From assembly GCA_021432655.1 (NCBI GenBank), contig MU271239.1:1-43952 (forward strand): 43,952 nt of DNA, in the 5' to 3' direction. Each line of letters opens with the position of its first letter. Positions within the stretch are counted from its first letter, which is position 1. A model generated the notes under the pieces. It made no database searches and was not told the DNA's origin. It was given only the letters and a program-made list of their open reading frames with translations. Below are positions 33,834 to 43,952 of the stretch, piece by piece. Source of the DNA: Atractiella rhizophila (lineage: Eukaryota). The translations under genes and the position numbers were made by a program.

Positions 33834-35840
33834 ATGGGGTTTACGAAAGAACTAGAAAAGAATATTACGACCTTGTTTGGGACAGTCATCACGGAACCCG
33901 AAGCGGTTCAGGATCCCTTCAAAGATCTAGAGAGGCTTTTGGATCTCTTTTTCTTTCCCAAAATATCGCAGAGTGTTATTATTCAGATTCGTGTGCTGCA
34001 AGGTGAGTTGCGCTATCATGAAGGTATATCCAAACTCACAATGGTAATGCGCAGGCCTTTTTGGGATTCTGTTTCTTGTTGCCGTTGCTTGCACTGTTGT
34101 TAGAATATCGATCAGGCCATTTCATTTTGCTACTAGAAACGGTGAGCTTTCCTTTTCTTCGACCTGCGTCGTGTGTTAACTAGTTTTCTGCCTGCCCACA
34201 GGCACCTGGATCTTACCAAATACTCCTGTCTTGTTTTCTGGACTCGTCGCGTGTTGGCTCTTCGGTGCGTCTTACAGGAGGAGGGATATTGTGAGAGGTT
34301 GAGTTTGTTGTGATCAGCAATGGAGATCGCGATGTGGAAACAAGTCAACATATACGAGGGGAAGCAGGAATACAAGGTAGGTACTTTTGATTTACAAGAC
34401 GTACCGTTATGACAATTATCAGAACAACTACATCCTACGTTCTTTTACATGGAGCTTCCTATTTCTAGCCGCCTTTTTCAAGGGATACGGGTGAGCACTT
34501 TCTTTGTACGATTTCACATCTAACTCCACCATACAGGGTGATAGTCGCCAGCAGCCTCAACAGCCATGCAACTCATGTCGGATTGCTGCCACCGGAAGGA
34601 AGACCTTGCCTCAAGAGTATTCTGACGCTCTTCGGCATCCCCCTCACGTTCATCGCTTACATTATTGCGACCCACGTGTACGCAACGCTCGTATGCAACG
34701 GGTGGTTACATCGATATTTGGCACTGAAGGAAACGCTCATCGGTTTCTCCTCCAATCTTGACGTCGACACCAAAGCTGCCATGTTCTCGCTGCTCGAACC
34801 TTTGAGCGACTTCAATACATTCGGAGATCGTTGTGTCGTGGCGGATCGAGTGATCTCTTCCTTATTCCTTGTGTGGTATCTCTCAGTTTTTCTACTCGTG
34901 CGCCTTTCGCCTTCAAAATTTAATTCAACGTCCTCCTGAACTTTGCGCGCAGTTTGGAGGATACTCTTGGTTCCTTCTTACTCGCAAGTTAGGCAAACAA
35001 GTAGACCTTCTGCGGCGAGTTCAGTATGATGTCAGGCAGTTTCTTCGTCCTGTACACATCATACTGAAAGCTACTGATAGGTGAAGCAATTTCGGAAACA
35101 CGACATTCAGGTCACGACACTCGAGTCATCAGCTGTGGAGAAGGCTCAAAGGTTGACAAAGGCCCTGTGGAATCTTCGAATCCAAGGTTATGCTTTCTTC
35201 GGAAGCGCTATCAGCTTGTGGGTTTGTTTTTGAGTTAATTGTAATTATGTTAATGTATGAGTATGCTTTAGTATGGGGGCTTGTTTAGCGGAGGCTATTT
35301 TAGGTGCAGATGCGCAGGTTGATGGGAGGTGGTCGTCTGTCCTTTATCTTTGGTTATAGTAAGTATTGGGATTTTGTCTACACCTTTCCCTGACAAGTTT
35401 CACTGCAGCTGGACGTTCGTCATCTTCGGCGGAGTAAGACGTCTTATCCCAGTGTCTATCCAACTTGATCTGACTCGTCGCGTTGAAAACAGCCTGCTCT
35501 GTTCTACAACTTCCGAATTGCAGTCACCGATGGGAGCTTCATTGGTCTCTCCACAACTCGACAGCATCGACATCCCCAATGGTTGACCCGGCTACTCCCC
35601 GTCCCAACTCCTCCATCCAGCTTGCCTGCGCAACCAACTCCCGCCCGACTTAAGGCTGAGCAGGCGGAGGTTCGTATCAGCACATTCTCTTCGGATACCC
35701 TCAGTACCTCTTCGAAGCAGTACGAGGAAATACTGCTCTCTGATTACGGCAGTCCGCATGCTGCAACGTCCACGAAAGGACGGGCAGGTGATAAGGAACA
35801 GCACCGGATACAAAGCTGGCCCTCCTCTTGGGTTCAATGA
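33834..35840 (+). CDS. Uncharacterised multi-pass membrane protein, many small exons
   Basis: ATG at 33834 with canonical donors (GTGAGT at ~34003, GTGAGC at ~34142 and ~34491). Several hydrophobic exons (e.g. ILTLFGIPLTFIAYIIA, VISSLFLVWYLSVFLL) and a hydrophilic Ser/Pro-rich tail ending at TGA 35840. Confidence 0.6.
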
Positions 35841-36819
35841 TGGCACGGGGCACACTTATGAGGTTGCATGGGAGTGATCTACATTGTTCATATCGTTTCG
35901 TTCTCACCGTATAACTGCTCGTAATGGCTGCTGGAAGGATAATGTCCAGTCATTAAACAAATTAAACAAAGGACTCGGAAGTCCAAACGGTCGTCAACAA
36001 ACCTCATTCAGTGTCACCTGTACATGTCTGTACGACGTAATAAGATGTAAATTGTCAAAGCGCCATTACGTGACTCAAAAGGGAGCTATCAAGTAATAGC
36101 AATTAGCATACGACAATGAGACTCAGAAGCTACCTGGTATTCATACCATTTCAAGTCATTTGCGTTTTTCTCGTCGTGACAGTCGGATGTCCAACTGACG
36201 AGGCCAACGCAACTTCAAAAATAGGAGTCTTGGACCAACCCACCTTGACCAGATTCAACGTTGGAGAGTATGAAAGAAAGCATCAATTAGTGGGATTAGT
36301 CGGGAGCCTGATTGAAATTGAAAGACCTCGGACGCTGGTTCGGATGGGTTCACTGGCTCGGCTCGGAATAGGAGTTACGCCTGAGGGGTCAAATGTGTGT
36401 GCTCAGGGGTCCAACGGCTAAACGGTAATCCGAGAGCTCACGGGTGAACTTCTATCTGGAGCCGCCGGATGTGCCACTTCACCCAGGCTCAGGCAGGCAC
36501 TGGGAAGAGAAGGCTGACTATATCGAGCTGTCGGATAGTGAAATAGGGCGGGCTCAAAGACGAGCTCAATCAAGAATTCCACCTCGTTTTCCCCTCATTT
36601 TTCTGCGAGAAGGTGCATTTGCCGCCTTAACGTCGTGGTTCTTTCGTGCCTCCGTTTTACTTCCCGAAGCGAAGAAGAATTAGATCCAACCCGATCATTC
36701 AAATATCCAGATTGGGCAGCATTACTTAGACGTGGACGGATTCCCAGTCTCACATTTTATAAAGCCCTTTCCCACGCTCAGCTTCACAAGGCAACCCCTT
36801 TCACAGAGTCGACGGCAGA

Positions 36820-39220
36820 ATGGACTTGCTCAGGATTACGACATTCATGCAAAAAGGAGACGATGGCTCTTCTAGGACGACAGAGACTGATGACCGCTCC
36901 TCATTCGAAGAGCAGGGTCTCAAAACCGCAGTGGAACCTCCAGCCGGTCGTTTCCTCGATTTCTCAGAGTCTTCACCTCGAGATCGACTAGCAATCGATA
37001 CCTCTTACCATCCAAGTCACACCAATGACGAAAAGACGGCTGTAGAACCCAAGGACCCCTTTGCAGACGACGAATACCGAAAGGGGGATTTGGAGAGAAG
37101 GGTGCCACAACAAGAGGAAAAGGACGAAGCGCGGATGACAAATGACGATTTGCCACCTTATTCTGTACTAGAGAAGAGCAAGGATGAGAACGGAAAGGAT
37201 GTTTGGCTCATTGGTTTCGATGGAGAGGACGACCCGGACTCGTACGCTTTTCCAGACTTGAGCGCTCAACTTGACATTGGTGATCTTAGACCCTTGAACT
37301 TACCCACCATGAGAAAGTGGATCATACTTGTCATTCTTTGCTCTTCGGCTGTCTGCGTGTACGTCCTCTCCCTCCCACCGTGATTGTGATTAACCAAGTT
37401 CCAGGACATGCGCTTCGTCCATGGTAGTCTTTACCTACCCTCAAATGGAAAAACGCTTCAACATCTCCCGGGAAGTTGCCACATTAGGAGTTACAACCTT
37501 CATCGCAGGTCTCGGAATCGGCCCCCTCTTTCTTGGACCCTGTCAGTTGCATTCTGCCCAAAACACCCGCCGCTAAAACTGACTGATAATTTCTGACAGT
37601 GAGCGAATTCTTCGGACGCAGCCCGATCTATAACTTTTCATTCCTCCTCTCCACCCTCTTCACTATCCCCGTGGCCCTCGCACCAAACATCATCGTTTTC
37701 CTTGTCTTTCGCTTCCTCACAGGTTTCACGAGCGCCGCGTTCTTGTGTAAATCTTCTCCTCCATTCAAATCGGATCAGGGCTGACTTGAATTGCGAAGCT
37801 GTCGCTGGAGGTACCGTCGCCGACATGTTCCACCGACACAAGGTTGGAGCACCCATGACCCTCTACACCAGCACCCCATTTTTTGGAGCAGTTGTCGGTC
37901 CAGTCGTCAGCGGGTTCGTGAACCAACACACATACTTCCGGTGGACGTAAGCTCTCTCTCTCTACCTAGCCTATGTTCCGCTAACCGGAGAGAAAGTTGG
38001 TACACATCTCTCATTTGGTACGGAGTAAATTTGACGTTTCTCGTCCTCGTCGTTCCGGAGACCTATGCGCCGGCCATCCTTAAGAGAAAGGTGTCGCTTC
38101 TCCTTGTTCTCCCTCGCTTCCAATCTGAAACTGTCACAGGCACGACGTATAAGAAAGGTTACTGGAGAGGCAAAGTACTTGTCACCCATAGAATGCGACA
38201 AGCGAAGCAAGCTCAACGTCGTCCTGACCAGTTGCCGCGTACCTTTTGGTTCGTGATTCCCCTAATCGGCTCCCGTGAATTTGAAGGCGTGTTTCTAGCA
38301 CTTCTCGCTGTGGAACCTATGGCATTCCTCCTCAATCTTTGGACATCGATCATTCTCGGTATTCTATATATGTTCTTTGGCGCTTTCCCCATCGTCTTCG
38401 GTGAAGGTCATGGATTGTGCGTTCCCTATTTTTCACTGACCTTTCACGTCTCACTCATTTGTCCCGACAGCGAACCACAATATGTTGGTGTCGCCTTCGT
38501 TGGTATCGGGCTCGGAATCGCAATCGGCAGTCTTTCAGATCCTCCCTTTCGCAGAGAGTATGAGAGGACCATGGAACGCCTTGGCCGCAAACCTGGTCCT
38601 GAGGAGCACCTGAAGAAGGTTTGTGCCTCAATTTCTAAACGATCGGAGCAGTAACGGTGAGATGTTACAGGCCATGGTTGGAGGTGTCATTTTTGCCGGA
38701 GCCCTCTTCTGGTTCGCTTTTACCACGTATCCAAGCGTTCACTGGATCGTCCCCATCCTGAGTGAGATACCTTTGGGCATTGGCATGACTTTGATCTACC
38801 AAGCCGTCGTGAGTTTCTCTCGGCCCCCGTTAAATCTCCACCCTCATGAGAGTTTCGTCTAGTTCACTTTTCTTGTCGACTGCTATCGCCCTTATGCCGC
38901 CAGCGCAATGGCAGGAAACAGTTTCATGCGCTCTTCCTTTGCTGCCGGGTTCCCTCTCTTCAGTGTCCAAATGGTGCGTCTTTGCTGATGTTCTAGGGTC
39001 CGACACTGACCCTGTTGGACAGTACAAGCGCCTTGGCACAGTCGGTGCGACTGCTCTTTGTGCAGGGTAAGTACTTAACAATCCTTTCATAACAGAGGCT
39101 CCATGTTGACGTTTTGTAACGTGCAGGCTCTGCACTGCGATGATTCCTCTCGCATTTCTCTTCTATAAAATCGGTCCTAAACTGCGCCGAAAATCGAAAT
39201 ACACCGATGTGGAGGGTTGA
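36820..39220 (+). CDS. MFS drug:H+ antiporter 1 (DHA1, Tpo1/Flr1-like)
   Basis: FDGEDDPD-PLN..RKW, LGP-SEFFGRSPIY, FRFLTGF, VAGGTVADMF, GPVVSGF, PETYAPAIL, PEEHL, YRPYAASAMAGNSFMRS. About 11 introns. Start is 36820 or 36847. Confidence 0.93.
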
Positions 39221-40032
39221 TGGACCCATATTATCTGCTTCAAGTTATCAAATTTTTCCAGCATCTTCAAAATAGCAAAATCTCTAGGATCAACCTTCTC
39301 ATGATCCATGTCAACGAAAACTATTTTCATAGCTCCCTCTCAATATCATGCTTAGGGCAAAATATTGTTGTGCATGTACATTATTTTCATTTAGATCTTG
39401 TGTGTAATTGGAACCATGTTGTCATTGTCATTCAAGTTTTAATCTCCAAGAGGGGAGCATTCTTTGGAACTCGGGAAATACTGATATTCGCATTGAGTTA
39501 CATGAGGCGAGTTCTTGATCTGCTACAAGACACAACAGAGCACGACTCTGTGAGGTCGCTATGGACTTGGAAGCGTACAAAGTAGTATCAAGAAAGGAAG
39601 CAAAAGAAACTACTGAGATATAACAGAGATATGACAACCAGGTGTTCGCAATTAGGGAGCATGGAAACGGAGAAAGACGAATTGACATCAATATCCCTGC
39701 AAGTAGAAGAGTAACAGAAAAGATCTGACTAGCTTCAAAGGGGATATTGGAAACAATAATACACGAGTCAGAAAGGCCAGAAGGATGCAACGCAATTAAT
39801 AGCATAATTTAAATAGAAGTAATAATGCTGTTGCTTCATTGCCTTGCGTAATAGCACAAGTGTCGTTGAGGATTGGGGTGATTCGCTTGAGTTTGTGGAC
39901 GATACGATGGAGGAGAGAGAGGAAGGGCATAGTCAGGTATGAAATGGAAATCGGAATCGGGGCATAGGGGTACGAAGAGGCAACATGGATCCCAGAATGA
40001 TACAGAGAACAGATAACTGTCGGACCGTGGAA

Positions 40033-41816
40033 TCAGCGGCTGCTCTTCGAAGGAAGAAGTGAATAGACCTACCACAGGACTAATGGTCCATGGAGATCTG
40101 CCTGACCAACGTTTCGAAGTTTGTCATCTCAGCAATGGGGATGCACTTGGAGACGATAACTCCTGAACCGGACACGATCCTCCCGCTCTTCCTCGAATTC
40201 ACTCGTAGATCCATGGGCACGCTGCTCCCCTGGAGTGAAGTAACAGTTCTGCTATGTTTGAGCTTGTTTGCAGCGCGTCGCCCGATCGTGTCCAGTTGGG
40301 ATTCCGAAGCCATGGTTCTCAATTTGGGAACCTGACCTTCCCTGGTGTTGACGGCAGGCCTCTTCTCGTGAGGGAGAAAGTAAGACAATCCAAGGTAAGA
40401 GAGTAGGCTCTTAGATGACGAGTTCGAGATGACGGTCGCAGCAACTTTGGATCCTGTGGCAGCGGCAGTCTTGGGTGTCTCCTCATCTGATGACCGTTCA
40501 TTATCGGAACTTGGTGCGCTGGAGGAAGCGGTGGATCCGATGGAGGAGCTAGAACCAGTCCACCACATCATATTGCCATCTCTACTCTTCCAGCCATCAG
40601 TTTCGGTCGCGGATTCTGACATTTTGGAATCTGCCCGGAGAGGGATAGAAAGAGTTGAAGGCTCGATAGGTCCAACAGGGTCGGTACTTTCAGTAGCTTC
40701 GGTACCCTCTGGAGATTCTTCCTCAAATTCGTCTCCATAGTCACTCCATTCATCCCAGTCGATGAAGTACTGATGTCGAAGGCGAGGATCGAGCTGTTCT
40801 CATGATCGGATGAGTGACCCTGGAAGGAAAGAAGAGAAACAACGTACGTCTCCAAAATGAACGTAACTGGATGGTCCGGCAGTAGCCTTATACCATTCTT
40901 CGTCACTAATCATTCTCTTTTTCTTCTTTCCCGATCCATGGGATACGATAGAGTCAGGAGACGACTCCCTCGTAGCAGTTGGCATAACCGCTGTGCTTCG
41001 CGGCGAGTCCATGGGGCTGATCGAAAGAGTCGCTTCCTCCATTTCAGGACTCGAGACAAGAGAGAGCTGCAAAATCTTCTTGGGGCTATTGGCAGCCGCG
41101 AGGTCAAGAGCGCGCTCCATCTCTGCGATCGTTCTGAGAGGCTGTTTGATAGCGACGCGAGGGGGGATCTCGACTCTGGTTGAGTGGTTCTCTCGGATGG
41201 GAGACCTCTCCGGTGCCCAAGAGGTGTGTGACTGGGTATGAACTGGTGCGAACGACTTCTTGGGGGTTCTGTTCCCCATCTTCCCACTCCTCTTCACACT
41301 CTTGGGCTTGACAACTTCACGCGTGCCTTCTGGGTATCCGAGTGCTCTCAAGTCGTCCTCAAACGTGGAAGTTTTGACTTGGATGTAAGATCGAGAAAAA
41401 AAGTCTTCAGGAGGCGAAAAAGAAGAGTACGACAGAGCATTGTTCTGCCCGATTCTTGACTTCCAAGCAGGAAAACACACCGACATCGTCTTTTCCATAG
41501 TCGAGTACCTCGATTTAATTGGAGATTCGGTTGCATTCATCTAGATCTTTCGCTCGTAATCAAAGACGGTCGACCTAACGGATTTGGCCTCCAATGCCTT
41601 CTTCGCCTCATGAAGCCTGTAGAGGGAAACGCCATTTTGGTCCACGCGGAAGAGGTCGAATCTAACTTCTCTTGGGCTATTGGCGAAAGAAGTCGATTTC
41701 TTGAAATTGGCAGAGGCAGGAGCTGGATAAGTCGGAGTAATCCGAGACTTGGCGGGAGACCTTGGGGGAGTTGGATACACCCGTTTAGGGCGAGGAGAAG
41801 AGTCTGTAAAGACCAT
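40033..41816 (-). CDS. Ser/Pro-rich uncharacterised protein
   Basis: ORFs 41541-41891 (ATG at 41816), 40800-41540 and 40080-40796 can be joined by short introns (GTACGT donor near 40847; GTCAGG donor near 40106). Final exon VYSLLPSKSSR*. Confidence 0.55.
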
Positions 41817-42559
41817 TATGTTGCTGAGCTGTTTGTAATAACGATGTTGATTAGATAGTTTCGGATGGTTTGCTGGGGGATGGTGGTTCAAGTTGGGATT
41901 GGGATACTCACTTTCAGGCAGGCATGGGAAAATAAATAACGGGATTGGGATTAGAGTTCAACACAACAACGCACTAATATGGACAAACTGTTATCACTTG
42001 ACAGTTATCTGCTCCTCTGCAGTGTTCGCAAGATCAGTGGGAGAGGTTGCGGGTGGAAACGAGTATTCTTTTCAGATAATTGTGCGAGATTTTATTGATT
42101 TGAACTCGGCAAGGCAAGATGTCGTGACTCCAATCATGAGTGATTTGTCTAGCCGCAAATGAGAAATCACGTTTTGCTTTTCTCTCACGATCCTTAATAC
42201 AGAACTTTCGTATCATTCAACGCGACAAAAACGCGTCGAACCTCACCGGCCTCACCGTTAAATTTGATATCACGTGATCTACCTTTTTTTTTTGCCAGGT
42301 TTTCTCCCTCCTATTCTGTCTGGAAACACAAGATTTGTCTTGAACATTTTAGGGAGGGTCGATTAGAATAATAGAGTAATAAGGACCGATAGTGAATGGA
42401 GTGCACCATGACAGCTTCCAAGATATCAGCTATTGAGCTTTGGGGGGTCGTGCAAGAGAATGTGAGGAGTACTGCATTAGGAAAAATCTATAGCGGCCTA
42501 TCCGGAAAAGCGCTCATGCCATGTAGTTGAGCTTTAAACCGATTTTAACTGGACAGCCC

Positions 42560-43952
42560 TCAATGAGCTGAGCCTTCATAGTGAGCCTTGTCCTTGACAT
42601 CGCCATCCTCCAAACTGCCTTCCTCATCCTTTTTACTGTAAGTAGGTGGAAGAACAACTGCCTCTGCGCCACCTTCAGCTTCAGGCAAAGACTATATCCC
42701 CCAGGGCGGCAATTAATACGATAGCATTCGTAAAAGAGGGACGAAAAGCAGACCTGTTCGTCACCAAGTCTCGGGTTCCTGAGCAAGAGGGCGAAGAAGA
42801 GCATGGGAATGCAAAGGCACAATCCTGTGATGCAGAGTAGCCTCTGAACCGATTTGTAAGCTTCAATGATCCCATCTCGCTCTGGTGTTCCCAGAGGATA
42901 GAGAGGTGCGATTCCCAGAGGGTTGCCGTATACTTCAGCGGCGAAGGTTTGGTTTGTGAGATGCTTGTTCAGTTCTCCTGGTAGGATGTTGGTCCAAATG
43001 GCAGCTGAAACTGTAGAGCCAATGGCGCTTCCCTACAATACCGAATCAGCTTGTAACCCTTTCGATCAAAGAGAGAACGGCATACAATAGAGTAGCAGGC
43101 CAAGTACAGACCAGTGACGATAGCCATATTCTTGTGCGTCGTCGCAGCTTGAACCGAGGCCTGAGTGGGGTAAGAAAAGAGACCTCCACCGACACCAAGG
43201 ACGATTTCAGCGCCAATGATAGCGCTGTTGTTTCCACCAGATCCCCCACTTCTGTATCGAATGAGCAGTCCAAACGCAACCATAAAGAGGCAAATTCCAG
43301 TGATGATAAAGATCTTGAGGTATCGAACATAGCGCACAACAAATCCGAGAATAACACCAGTGATGACGGAGGTGAAGGAGTAGATGTTGGTGATCCTCGT
43401 TGCAGATTTGATAGATTGATCGAAGGCAACGACGAGGGTGGTGTAAAGATAAGAACCTTGCAGGTACCAAGTCCTGTTGCGGACAACGGTCAACATAAGC
43501 AAGGCATCAACAAACTTGAGATGTACGCATTGATAAAGCAGGCAATTCCCAGTCCAGCCCAAACGCCGCGATCTTTCAGAAGCTGTCACATCGACGAACG
43601 ATAAGAGAGAGATCTAAATAAGTCAAGAGAGACTTACATGAAAAGGCACGAGGGGGGTTGGGGCAAACTTTTCCCAAATAACAAAAACAGGGATAAGAAA
43701 GACGCCGAGGACTATGGGATACGTTATTATTCTGACGTTTGGAGCAAAGGTGGAGCTCACCAAGCATGGCAATGATGTAGCCTTGCCTCCATTTTTCGCC
43801 TGCAGAAGTAGCGATGGAGAAAGGCACGAGAATGAGCGAGAAAACTGTCGGTCCCGCTTGTGAACACTAACTCCTCCCACGTTTTACAGATGGGACACTT
43901 ACCTGCAATGACAAGAATGATACCGATCACGTCCAGATCCCAGAAGAGCCTG
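42560..43952 (-). CDS. Siderophore-iron transporter (SIT/ARN family MFS), 3' part
   Basis: LDVIGIIL, LVPFSI, WEKFAPTPLVPF, WYLQGSYLYTTLVVAF, YPTQASVQAAT.H, GSAIGSTVSAAIWTN, YPLGTPERDGIIEAY, LRNPRLGDEQ-SLPEAE. The gene starts beyond the window end. Confidence 0.92.

Noticed and set aside
37791..38654. 287-aa ORF within the MFS gene
   Set aside because: Chance read-through of exons and introns. The true product requires splicing.
1..43952. CRISPR arrays, prokaryotic operons or defence systems, rRNA/tRNA, intact transposase or reverse transcriptase
   Set aside because: The sequence is eukaryotic and intron-rich. I saw no spaced repeats, RNA-gene motifs or DDE/RT motifs.
36820..43952. Secondary-metabolite or siderophore cluster suggested by two MFS transporters
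   Set aside because: No NRPS, PKS or tailoring enzyme is present in the window. A cluster beyond the right edge cannot be excluded.

Overview
Eukaryotic, intron-dense fungal genomic DNA, most likely a basidiomycete (many ~45-65 nt GT-AG introns, a CAP64/CAS3-like gene, basidiomycete-style NDUFA8 N-terminus). The ORF track fragments most genes because of introns. About 20 spliced genes can be reconstructed. In order: ABHD12-like hydrolase (partial), Iec1-like C2H2 zinc finger, two tandem FHA/coiled-coil/tail-anchor SLMAP (Vps64/Far9/Far10-like) paralogs, IST3/RBMX2, GPN3, NDUFA8, a small P-loop kinase-like protein, a Zn2Cys6-motif ORF with an uncharacterised neighbour, HAT1, CYS3, a charged low-complexity gene cut by an assembly gap, a CAP64-like and a CE2-like SGNH gene, LCB2, a multi-pass membrane protein, a DHA1 MFS transporter, a Ser-rich gene and a partial SIT/ARN siderophore transporter. 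The most striking non-gene signal is a ~1.2 kb decayed gene relic (24897-26090) beside the gap. It shows a CpA/TpG-to-TpA hypermutation signature like ascomycete RIP while keeping its CpGs, which is unexpected in a basidiomycete. All assignments come from motif recognition by eye. Exon boundaries are hand-derived, and no searches were run.
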